From: Paraspadella gotoi
Lineage: Eukaryota > Animalia > Chaetognatha
DNA length: 64,000 nucleotides
Reading direction: 5' to 3'
NCBI GenBank assembly: GCA_051294375.1
Contig: CM119265.1
Coordinates: 1,954,267 to 2,018,266 of the forward strand
Shown: piece after piece, positions 24,796 to 36,290 of the stretch
Position numbering within the stretch: position 1 is the stretch's first letter
Layout of the letters: each line of letters opens with the position of its first letter
Notes under the pieces: generated by a model
What the model was told of the DNA's origin: nothing
What the model saw: the letters and a program-made list of their open reading frames with translations, nothing else
Databases searched by the model: none
Position numbers and translations under genes: made by a program

Positions 24796-27700
24796 AATAA
24801 AAGTTTTTGTACATAGATTCAGTTTTAGAAAGAAATTAAAGAATATATATATAACTACAGGCTTCTCTTTCTCTTCGGTGGAACAGTTGGTCGACGATCC
24901 GTGAATCTTGATGTCATATCTTTTTTCCGCCAGATGGCCTCGTGTTTTCACAAGTGACTGCGTCGTCGTGGTTGGCGGTAAATCGCGGATCCGTCGAACA
25001 GATGACGCTGTTGGACTGGATGCTCTTGATTACGGGTACAGTGAAACAACATACTTCTTTAATTTATGACATTTTTTTTCATTTTATACTAAATAGTGAA
25101 TATATAATAGTAAATAATAAATAGTGAATTAAAAGGATTAAATCAAAATAGCATTTTCTTCTCCTGTCAGTCGACATCTTCCTCTACGCCCTGTTGGCTC
25201 TTTACGTCGAGCAAGTTCTTCCCCAATTCCTTGGCGGCGTCGGACTCGATCCTGTCTTCTTTCTCCGCAAGGAATATTGGCGCCCGTCGAAGAATGACGA
25301 CGACGACGACGACGACGACGGCGACTCTCTCGAATCTTCCCCCGAAGTGGAAGACCCGACGCCTGAAGTTGGTCGTCGACGCTGTCTGCGTCTCCGTAGC
25401 CTGACCAAGCGGTTCGACGACGCCTGCGGTCGCTGCCACTGCGCCTGCGTCCAGCGGTGCACGCAGCCCTCAACGACGGCGTTGGAGGATCTCAGTCTCG
25501 ACGCCTACAGAGGAGAAATAACTTGTCTCCTCGGCCACAACGGATCGGGCAAAACCACGCTCGTCAATCTCCTCGTCGGCGCCCTAGCGCCATCTTCCGG
25601 CGTCGCCCGCGTCTACGGCCGACCCACGGCGCCCGGCACCGCGGACGTGCGGATTCTCCAGCGCCGGACGGGAATCTGTCCGCAGGAGGACGTGCTGTAC
25701 GAGAGACTCTCCTGTCGGGAACATTTGGCCGTGACGGGGAAGTTTAGGGGTGAGTAGAGAGAGAGCCTTTCTTTGTAACTGTCTCGATTATCGTTTTTTT
25801 CTATGAAGGTAGTGAAACCAATGTAAAATTATCGATTCACTCTTTTGATGAGCTAACCGACTTCAGCCAGGATTTTTTACAAGATTATAAACTGTGAGAG
25901 TGTACGGATTGAAAGCTTGTAGGGTCCAGAGAGGTTATTAACTCGCGGGGAACCTTGCTCCCTTCGTCAATCAAGAGGTATAATGTTTTATTAACTGTTT
26001 CAATTGTATGTATTGTATAACTCCAAGTCTAGATTGTCTAATATTCTTCCTCCTCCTCAGGCGCGTTTTCCTCCTCCTCCTCCGCGGACTCTCTTCTCCG
26101 CGATGTTCTCTTGTTCGACCGACGCGACGTCGAAGCGAGAAATTTGAGCGGCGGCGAAAAACGGAAGCTCTGCGTCGCCTTGGCCCTCATCGGTCAGGGT
26201 TTTCGGATAAAAATATACTTATATATTTTATTAAATACGATATATAAATTAAACGCGCTTTTCCAGGAAATCCCAAGTTCTTAATACTCGACGAACCGAC
26301 AGCGGGAATGGATCCTCTTTCTCGTCGGGCCATCTGGCGGCTGCTGCGTCGGGAAAAGACCGACAAGCTCGTTATCCTCACCACTCATTTCATGGACGAG
26401 GTAGTTTGCTCTTTGTTATTCGTCCCCACTTTTTATCGGCTTTTTTTCTTTTTTGACCTGCTCGTTTTCAGGCCGACATCCTCAGCGATCGAAAGGCCAT
26501 CATCGCCGCGGGGAAGTTAAAGTGTTACGGCTCCTCGCTCTTCTTGAAGAACAGGTTATCACTGAGCTTTTACAAAGTTTTTTTCGGGATTTTTTATTTT
26601 GATTCTCTTTCCATATCTCTCTCTCTCTCTCTCTCTCACACAGATTCGGCATCGGGTACCACCTCCGTCTCCTGCTGCATTCAGACGCTTCGTCGCAGCA
26701 GCGAGAAGCGATCGAGGCTGCGGTGACGGGAGGCGTGGCTGACGCCGCTCTTGAGACCGAGCGAGATGGGGTGAGCTTCTGAAGTCTCTGATCAATCATT
26801 TTTTAATTTAAATTCGTGTTTGTTTGTTTATGTTTAGGAATTGTCTTTCCTACTTCCGTCGAGAGCATCGTCGTCCTTCGCTCCGTTGTTGTCCTCCATC
26901 GACGCGAAAAAGGAAACTTTGGGGATTCGATCTTACGCGCTCAACATGACCTCGTTGGAGGAAGTCTTTTTCAAGGTAGAGGAGAGAGAAAAGAGGGGGA
27001 AATAAGAAAGATAGGAAAGTGGCTTGGAAGAGAGGCATGAGAAAAAAACAAGGAAGAGAGGCAAGGAAGAAAGGCATGGGAAAGAGGCATGGGAAAGAAG
27101 CAAGGAAGAGAGGCAAGAAAAAGAGGCATGGGAAAGAAGCAAGGAAAGAGAGGCATGGAAAAGAGCCATGGAAAAGAAGCAAGGAAGAGAGGCAAGGAAA
27201 TGAGGCATGGGAAAGAGGCATGGGAAGAAGCAAGGAAAAGAGGCAAATTAGACGGTTTCGCACTCCTGATTTTATAGATGGGTTTTGATTCGGAGGCGGA
27301 AAATTCCGGACCTAATCCGCCAGAGGCCGAGTCGCCGGATCTGAGAGTGCCGGATTCGTCGGCACCGCAATCGAGCGCGTCGGAGCCGGAGGCGAGCGCG
27401 CCGGAATTGCGAGCGACTGCTTCGTCCAAGGCCGAGAAGAGGGAAACGGAAGATGAAATCGGTTCTAGCAAAATCTACACCAAATCCCCCATTTGTAAGA
27501 ATCGATCAACACTGAATTAAAAAAAAAGCCTTATCCAAACTTACCTTTTCTCCTCCGCAGGGCGCGCCCTGCTCCCATTGGCGGGGTTCAACTTGCTTCG
27601 CCTTCGACTCCTCGCCGCTAAAAAGTCCGCCTTCCTTTTCGTCGTCGTCTTCCCCGCGCTGAAGACGGTGTTGGGCTGCAAATTGGTCACGTGGATTCCG

Positions 27701-30700
27701 AGCTCGACGCGTTACGTGCCCCAAGTCGACTTGAGGCTCTCTCACGTTCGTTGACGTATTATTTGATATTAATAATAATTAATTAATTAAAACCCGTAGA
27801 ATTGAACTTCCCTTTTTAACCCTCAAGGTTTACATCGGCGACGAAATCTTCTACGACGGACCCCCCGACTTCGGCGACCTCCTCGGAGGCTTCGAGTCTG
27901 TATCGGTGACCCCGACGAACTTCAGTGACGACGAGTCCTTCAAGGCTCAACTCTTTTCCCATCAAATCGTTGCGGGTCAGAATTTTTCTTAGGGTTGGGG
28001 TAAAATTTTACTATCGCGGTCTAAGATTTTTTTTTTATAATAATGCAAACAAATTTTATTAATTTAAAAAAAATGATAAAAATTACGCTAAAACCATCCT
28101 TAAACTACCTATAACCCTAAAATCCCACCTCACCCCAGTCGGCGAAAGTAAAATTATGCCGGGATTCGGTTCTAAGTAAAACCTTTTCCCCTTTCTCTTC
28201 TCTAGGCATCCAAATCTCCGCCCCACCATCAACTCTTAAACTTTTCTACGGCGGCTCTGACACTTTCGCCATCGACGACGCCGCCGTCTTTCCCTCCATC
28301 ATCAACTTTCTCACCAACGCGGTCGCCTGCGCCCGAGCCGCGACGAGGATTGGGGAAGTTAAGTTCGCCGGGGATTGGATCTTCGGTGAGGAATCGTCTG
28401 CTTCTTTCGCGATTAGTAAATCGTAGAGCAGATATTTTTGTTGTGAAAACCGATGGTAGGCGACAAAAAAAAAATTTTTCATTTGGACCCAAATACCAAC
28501 TTTGAGAAATGCTGCAATATGCAAATTAGATTTAAAAATGTATCTATATTTTTCCTTCTTTAAGACTGCGATTCCGACCTGGTCGACATCCAAGTGAGGA
28601 ACCACTCTTTCCCCAAACGCTACTACGTCGACTTCGCCGCTTACTTCGCCATCTTCTTCCTCGTCACTCCGATGCTCATCGTCGCGCCCACCGCCGCCGC
28701 CGTCGACGTCGTCAAGGATCGATACTTCCGGTCAGGGTTGTTGTTGTTGTTGTCCTTTCACTCTAACGTTGAGCCGGCAACCAATAACTTACTTCCCTCT
28801 CCCAGAACCCGGTCCCAGTTTCGCTCGATGGGCGTGTCCTCTGGCATCTATTGGTTTTCCACTGTGACGTGGGACGCCCTCTGCGCCACGATCGTCATCG
28901 GCGCCGCCCTCATCAGCGTCAAGGCCTTCGCGGTGCCCGTCTTTAGCGAGGCGGGTCGATTCGCCGTCGTCTCCGCTTTCTTCCTTCTCTACACTCCGAT
29001 GTTGATCGTGCTCGGCTATAATCTCGCTTTTCTATTTCAAAAGTGAGGAATTGGTGTAAATTCCATTAATTACCAATTAATTAACTTCTTACGTCACCCC
29101 CCCCGCGGTTCCCAGCCCCGAGACTTGCCAGCGCCGCCTCCCCAATATTCTCCTCCTCATCTCTCTCGCTCCCTATTTCGCCTCCTCCCCTCTGGCGGAC
29201 AAATTCTCCATTTCTCTCGATGTTCTTCACCGCTTATTGTGTCTACTACTCCCGCCTTATAATCTCTACGGGGGATTGCACTTTCTTTATCTGGCCAAGT
29301 CGAAAAAGGACGTGGACAGGTGAGAGAGAGAGAGAGAATGAATATAAGGCAGAATATGTAATAACAAAAGACCAACAAACCAAAATGATAAAAAAGATGT
29401 TTTCTTTGTAAGTTCTCATGCTTATGAAATTTGCACAACCAATATAAAAATTATCCATTCATTTAATAAATAAGCTATCTTGCCCCTGACTTTGGACAGG
29501 CTTTGCCAAAGCTGGCTTTGGTGGTTTAAGGCCTCCATCACTCTTACAAGATAATAACATAGCAGGTCCCTGCAAGCTTTCATGTCATATTTCTGAGAAT
29601 TCTCACAAATCTACTCTACAGCCAATCAATCCTTACTTACGCTTTGGACCCGAACGTCTTCTTCGCATTGTCGTCGACGACTGTCTGGCTCTTCCTCCTA
29701 TGCGCTTCACTTCCCGTCCTCGAATCTCTTGACAGAAGAGGGTGTTGGCGTTGGAGTCCATCATCTCGTCGACCCTGTCGGCGCCGGAAAGGAGGAGCCG
29801 GGAAAGATGTCGCCGGGAGAGACGATGTCGAGGAACTCGGAAAAGATCCTGACGACGACGAAGACGTGAAAAAAGAAAAGGAGCGAGTTGACGAAATGCT
29901 CGATAAAAAGAGAAGAGAAAATCTCCCTCCGTTGGTTCTGAGTCGCGTTGGCAAATCGTATTCGACATTCGCGTCGTCCGAATTTTGGGCCGTGAGGGAT
30001 TTGAGTTTCGCCGTCGAGGAGGACGAGATCTTCGGCCTTTTGGGTCCCAACGGCGCCGGGAAGAGTACGACGATGGACATCGTCACTGGTACCAAATCCT
30101 ATTAGATGCTTATTATCAAATTGGTACAACAAATATCAAATTATCAACTCGTTCAATAAATAAGCTATCTTGCCCCTGACTTTTGACGGGCTATTGTAAT
30201 TATAATTAGAAGACTGAAGTTAATAAACCGCATATTTTAACTCAGGCGAAACTTCCGCCACGACCGGTCTCGTTTTCGTGGATGGGCGCTCCTCTTCCTC
30301 TTCAATCGCCTTCTGCCCTCAGTTCAATCCGCTCTACGACGATCTCACCGTCGAGGGACATTTGCAAGTCTTCGCTCTTCTCGCTCGAGTCGATCCTAAA
30401 TTGATCGAGTCTGTCGTCGGGAAGGTGAGAGAAATGAAATTAGCATCATAGAAAAAATTAATATGATAGTGATGAGTGAGTCTTCGAATAATCTTGGTCA
30501 CATAATTGTTTCCATCAAAAGAAATTATCTACTATGAAATTGGTGCCACGAAAATAATTAAATAATTGAGCTGTCCTGCCCTTGACTTTTGACTGGCGAA
30601 GTTGGGTTAAGGCCCCTATCCCTCTTGCAAGGTACTAACATAAGCAGGACCCTGTAGGCTTTCATTCAAGACTCACAGTCTAGTTTATTCCCTCCCCAAT

Positions 30701-31563
30701 ATAATAAGAAAAGTGTCCTTTATCTAATCTTTCAACCTTCGCAGACCCTTGATCGTCTCCGCATCAAGGAGCACGCCTTCAAGAGAGTCTCCGCGATCTC
30801 TGGCGGAACAAAGAGAAAACTGAGCTTCGCCCTCGCGATGTTGACCGACTCCAGATTGGCTCTGCTCGACGAACCATCCACAGGTTTGACGATATCCTTG
30901 GAGAGAGGAGGAAAATGTATCGAGCTTTAACAATCAATCAATCAATCCCTTTCCCCAGGAATGGATCCGGTCTCGAAACGTTTCTTGTGGAACTTTATCA
31001 CCACCGAGCTGCGTCCGCCGAATGCCTCCGCCGCAGCCGCCGCTCCCCGTCGCCGCCGCGCCGCCGTTCTCACCACCCATTCGATGGAGGAGGCGGAGGC
31101 TCTTTGCACGAGGATCGGCATCGTGGTTCGAGGTCGGCTGCGGTGTCTGGGGTCGGCGGAGAGGCTGAAGCAGACCCACGGGGATGCTCTTTGGTTGGAG
31201 GTCAAGTTGAAGGGAGAGAAGGAAGAGGAGGAGAAAGAACCTGAAATGGCTTATGCGACGGCGTTGGCCGACTTATCGAATCGTCTATTTCGATCAGACT
31301 CGACGCGCGACGACGAAACCGGCGTCGCGGCGTCGGACCACACCACATTTCCGCCCGGCGTCGTCGTCAAGGAATTCTTCGACGGGCGCGTCACCCTCAA
31401 AATCTCCAAAGCGACGGCCCCTTCAATGGCGGCGTCGTTCGCGGCGCTCGAGGACGCCAAGGCCGCCGGCGTCGTCGTAGATTACGCCTTCAGCGAAGCC
31501 ACGCTCGAGCAGGTCTTTCTCGACATGGCCAAAGAGCAGGAGGTGGAGGAGGCAGGGGTGTGA
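22010..31563 (+). CDS. ABCA-family full ABC transporter, multi-exon
   Basis: N-terminal [12 protein letters not shown]; LVAEK|[13 protein letters not shown]; Walker A GHNGSGKT and GPNGAGKS; signatures LSGGEKRKL and ISGGTKRKL; [10 protein letters not shown]; LTTHFMDE and [10 protein letters not shown]; C-terminal TLEQVFL. Confidence 0.95.
24741..24797. repeat. (ATG)n microsatellite, intronic
   Basis: Direct inspection; explains the poly-M and poly-I ORFs in the track. Confidence 0.95.
27030..27245. repeat. Purine-rich degenerate minisatellite, intronic
   Basis: Recurrent AAGAGGCATGGGAAAG and AAGCAAGGAAGAGAGGC units. Confidence 0.85.
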
Positions 31564-31941
31564 GTCATGGAAAGGGAGAAAGGGTTTGAACCGGCGACCT
31601 CGCTTTCAAGAATCCTATTCAAGACCTATTCCTATTCCTATTCCGAGTGACCGCGTCTTGCTTTCGTCTATAACTCTCAGAACTGACTTTCATCGCTTGC
31701 GTCTTACGCAACAGTTCCAATTTTTTTCCGTTGTTTTAATTTTATCGTTATATGCATTGTATTATTCAGTCGTTTCTGCTAACGTGTTCCTTATGGTGCT
31801 AGATATTTAAATGTGCTAAAAACTAAACCGTTATTTCCCACGGATTCTATCCTCGCCCACAACGAAGCAAAAAAAAAAAAAAAAAACTGTCTTTGTTTCC
31901 CCCCTCCCCTTTCGTCTCGCACCACCCCTCCTCTCGTTGCC

Positions 31942-34900
31942 ATGGGCGACGGAGACGCAGTCTGCGCCACTTGCGGTCGGACCGACATCAAACTCCGCCT
32001 CTGCACCAGATGTCGCGCCGTTCGTTATTGCTCAACCGATTGCCAGCGCAAAGACTGGAACGCCGGACACAAGAGCGTTTGCTCCTCGGCGAAAGGAGCA
32101 ACGACGTCGGGAACTGGAGCGGCGCCGGAAATCTCGGACGAGACGCGCCGGACATTGATGGAGTTGATGGGGAAGATTCACAGTCTGGAGACGTCGGTGA
32201 AGACGACGGACGCTCAGATTCAAGCCTTGCAAGTCAGTTGGGCGTAGAGGATGAAGTTGTGAGAGTTGATTGATATGTAATTTTGTACGTTTGTGGGAGA
32301 ATGTCAATTTTAAGAAGTCCCTTATCAAGGGAAGATGGGTGCTAGATTTAGTCAGTGACACAAATTACACAGAAATTCTCTGTCAGGCGAAACAGTTTAA
32401 AACTGAGAGTTCTGTAATAAAGTATAATATTTTTAAGTATCTTTCAGAGATAAAAAAAAATCTCAAAAGATTATTTGGCCCGCCGTACTATTTATTATGT
32501 ACTAAGTAACCGATCTTCAAGCTCCTCACTTTAATAGAAAAAATCTTTTGAAATTCTTCTGCTAATCTTATTTTCGATTTTCGTCTTTGAGACCCTTTGA
32601 CTTTGACTTTGCTTAGTTTTGTTTGAAAACTTAAACCCAAAATTCGATTAGTATTGAGTTTTATTTTTTTTTTAAATGAAACTGGGGAATCCAGAAAACA
32701 TCGAAATGTAGCTTATAGTCTTTGAATTTAATTGTTTGGCTTTTCGCTCGAAGCCAGCCGACCCGAGTCTTAGAACTTGGTCTTGGGTCTGGTCTCCAAC
32801 CAGCGCTTGATGCCCGCCTGGTCTTCCACCCTCTCTGCGATCCCTTTTAGTTTCTCCGGGAAAGTTAATTCCGGGACGAACACTTTCATCATCCTGGAGA
32901 AGAAAAAAAAGAGGTGAAAGTTTATTTATTAGTCTTATATATATTTATATTTATATTAATTAATATTATTATCCAGGCCTCTCTCGGCAATTAACCCATA
33001 ACGTTTTGACTTCAATTTTCTCAACATATTTTTATTTATTCTTGACTGACTTTGATGAGACGAGGGAAATGTCGGCGATTGACATCTTGGATCCCAGAAA
33101 GTAATCTCCTTTGATCCAGCGCTCGATCTTTGCGAAAATTTCCGGGAATTCCTATTCATGGCATACATATTACATAATACGATTAAATTTCATCTAAATG
33201 ATTTTTTGAAAAAGCTAATTAATTTAATTAATATATTACTAAACATTAAAATAAAATTGAGATTTTGATACTCTGCTACAGATACCTGACAGATTTTCTC
33301 CCTCTTTTCCTTCTTCTTCTCCTCGTCCGTCTCGTGGACGAGCGCGCCCATCTTGGGTCCGAGTTCGCTGGTCATCGTCTCGCAGATCATGTCCGCGTAT
33401 AAAGCCTGAAAGGGAAAGAACAAATGGCCCTCGATCCCTTGTCGCCCTGAGATATGATATGATATGAGATATGATATGATATGATATGAGACAAATGATC
33501 CTCGATCCCTCGTCGCCCCGAGATGATCCACCGCCCGCCTTGGATCACTCACTTCCTCATCGTCGTCGCCCATCAATCCGAATTTTCTGGCCAAGTATCT
33601 GGAGATGGCCGCTCCCTGACAGTACGTGACTCCGTCGATCTCCAAGACCGGCATTTGACCCAGGGGCATCTTGGCCTTGGTCTCCGGGTTCCAGGCCTGC
33701 GGGCAATCGTCGCTGTACAAAAAAAATGGGGGGGGATTGTTAATAAGGAGGATAAATTAATATAATATCGATTCAACAATTGATCGAAAAATGTTAAGAG
33801 ATCGTAGGTGAAATTTTTGGCGGCCTAAGTTTTCTTCACCTTACCCAATCGTCAACTTCCATCTTTGCCTCACCCGTATCGTACGTCCTCGTACTCCTGA
33901 CCCGCCGCAGCGAAGAGGAGGCGGCAGAGCTCGGCGCGCCCGGTCAGGTTGAAGTAGTGGAGGCGGTACTTGGGCATGATCGGCGTCGCGGATCGTCGTA
34001 GAGGGTCCACAGAAGTAGGACGTTTCCAATGGCTCTGTAACCGAATTAAATAAATTTTAATGGGGTTTTTTTTTACGAGAAAAAAAAACAAACTTAACAT
34101 TAGCCGACTATGGTTAGGGGTGGTTTAGGGTTAAGGTAGGTAATAATTGTTATTTTTTTTATATATCAATTGTTAAACAAACGAAGCGAAGATCTTAGTC
34201 GACAAATGTAAAATTTTCCACAAATGGTTTCTTTCAAGTTTGAAACAAAAAAAGTTTTTCCGCCAAAAATATATCGGTCTGAATTTTTTTTAAAACCAAA
34301 AATCGAAAAAAATTTATGTGTGTGTGTGAGAAAAATGGGTGTGTGGGCTGGTATCTCGACACCGCCCCCTCCTCTTTCGACCCTTTTTACTTTTTAACTT
34401 TTATACTTTTGAGTTTTAAGTTTTTTTACTTATCAAAATGAGATTAAATCGCGTCTCTCGACCTTTGATTTTTTTTTATTTAGCTTAAAGTTAAAGCTGA
34501 GATAGCGATTCCAGCGGGCGGAGTGAGAGAGAGGAAGAGAGTGAGAGAGAGTCTGGAGTCTCGATCGAGTCTGACTCATTATATAACGACAGAGAGAGAG
34601 AGAGAGAGAGTTTGGTTCGAGGATGAGGGGTCGTAAACTCTTAAGAGAGAAATTGAGTGAAAGAAAAGGAGCCAAAGATTTGGACAGAGCTCGGTCCAAA
34701 GACCCGGCAAAAAATCTGGGAGTGTTTTCTTTTGTGACTACTCAATATAGTCTCTCTTTCTTTCTCTTAAATAAACTGTTGTCTTAACCGTGTTCACGAT
34801 CCAATTTTTCCGGGTGTCTGAATTGTATTTGCATAGCGAGAAAGAGATCGCGTCTTAAGATTGGAGCATACGGAGCGAAAAAGAATCGAAGCATTAAGTA

Positions 34901-35517
34901 ATTATGTAATTGGTACATCCAATCTAATAATTAGAGTTTTTTAAATTTGTTATGTTATTTTTAATATGAGGCAATTCGCTGTGGGATTTACGAATTGTCT
35001 TAAACTAATTTATAATCTTTTGTGCCTGTAAGGTCTCTTCATCAAGTAGTTAAAAACTGAAAAACGAGGGACCTGGTGCCCTCTCTCTCTCTCTTTGTGT
35101 GTATGTGTTTTGTCTCTGTCTTTGTCATGAAGTAAATGTTAGATCTAAGAGCAAATAAGTATTCTGTTAGATTTTATTATCTCGTCGGGTGATGGTGACA
35201 TTAAACTTTTCTTTCAAATCCTCCCTGCCCTCTCCCCCCCCCCTTCCCCTCCCCCAATCTTCTTCCCCCAGAAAAAATTCGGCCTGGCCCAAGTGACCTC
35301 GACCGCCCTGTCGGACTTTCCTCCTTCCACCCGGATGTTCCAATCCGTGGGCCGGATGTACCTCCGACGGGAACGCCCCCAAGTGGAACGTCACCTCGAA
35401 GCCTCCATGGAGGAGGCGGAGACGAAAATACGAAAACTCAAGGACAGCAGAGAGTATTTGCTCAAGCGGGTCGCGGAGGCGGAGGAGAGTGTGAGGGAGT
35501 TGAAGAGCAGAGGGTGA
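31942..35517 (+). CDS. zf-MYND / prefoldin subunit 1-like fusion protein (exons 31942-32232 and 35272-35517, 178 aa)
   Basis: CATCG...[19 protein letters not shown]...HKSVC (MYND), then coiled coil and [10 protein letters not shown]...[16 protein letters not shown] (PFDN1-like); the phase-0 GT-AG intron joins the exons in frame. Confidence 0.85.
32770..33977 (-). CDS. Glutathione S-transferase, sigma-class-like, 5 exons, nested antisense
   Basis: [33 protein letters not shown]; [13 protein letters not shown]...[11 protein letters not shown]; [12 protein letters not shown]; [13 protein letters not shown]. Confidence 0.93.
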
Positions 35518-35946
35518 ATGTTGAGTGTTGCAATGCCAGGAGTGCCGGTGAGTCGACAAAGGAGAGAGAGGGTTGTGAGAATTAGAAAGTGGATTATGTG
35601 AAAGCGTTATGGAAGTTGCGTGGACGAACGTGAAGAGACAGCGGACAGTCGGAGAGTTGAGAAAATTTTTTCTAAAAAGTGATATATTTGCCCGTCGATC
35701 GTTACACTAAAAAAACCAAACAAGGTTTTTTTCTCTTTGATTGTTAATGCTTAATATAACACTTGTTCCGTTTTTAATCATAGCTTGCGTGGTTGACTTT
35801 GAAAATTTCTTAGGTTTTATTTTTATGGAGTAAGATTAATTGATCGTAGCAATTCATATGCCCGATTAAAAAACCGTTTTAAATCGACTAAAATACTTTT
35901 TGACCCAGGAAAGAATAAGAGTCTGGGCCACGATTAGGCGTACTAA

Positions 35947-35993
35947 CACCAGTCTCTATGGAGGCATGGGTTCGAATCCCACCGCTGCCACCA
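35947..35993 (+). pseudogene. 3' half of tRNA-Leu (AAG/TAG type) with genomic CCA
   Basis: CACCAGTCTCTATGGAGGCATGGGTTCGAATCCCACCGCTGCCA+CCA covers the anticodon-stem 3' strand, long variable arm, T-arm and acceptor strand; no 5' half nearby. Confidence 0.85.
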
Positions 35994-35999
35994 CATTTA

Positions 36000-36180
36000 A
36001 TGAAAAACTCATGGTGAGACACACGCAGGAGTCTTGTTCAATGCTACTGAAACTAAGGAAAGCTAAGTCTATTTATATCTGAGGGAGAGGATCAGAGGCA
36101 AGAGTGATTTTGACAGTTCTATCGATCCTGCAAGCTGATTGGTCGATTCAAGTTCCGTATCGACCAATCACGGTTCACTG
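36000..36180 (-). promoter_or_regulatory. LTR-like promoter fragment
   Basis: Inverted CCAAT pair (TGATTGGTCGAT...ATCGACCAATCA), TATAAATA, Inr-like TCAGT ~25 nt downstream, then ATTAAA, all read on the minus strand. Confidence 0.45.
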
Positions 36181-36290
36181 GTTCAGTGATTCTAATAATT
36201 TCTAACTCGTGATAATTTGTTTCTTCTCTCTCCCCTCCTCTTCGTCTATTTTCCTCCGGCCTCACGAAGGTGGGTGGGGTCATTCCCGGC

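Noticed and set aside
34433-34865. Solo LTR (TATA-like and AATAAA present)
   Set aside because: No TG...CA ends, TSD or second copy found.
35914-35922. AATAAG as the left TSD matching 41527-41532
   Set aside because: Not followed by a matching TIR; a 6-mer match is expected by chance in AT-rich DNA.
35947-35993. Phage-style att site or functional tRNA gene
   Set aside because: No 5' half or second copy in the window; the CCA and breakpoint fit a retrocopy better.
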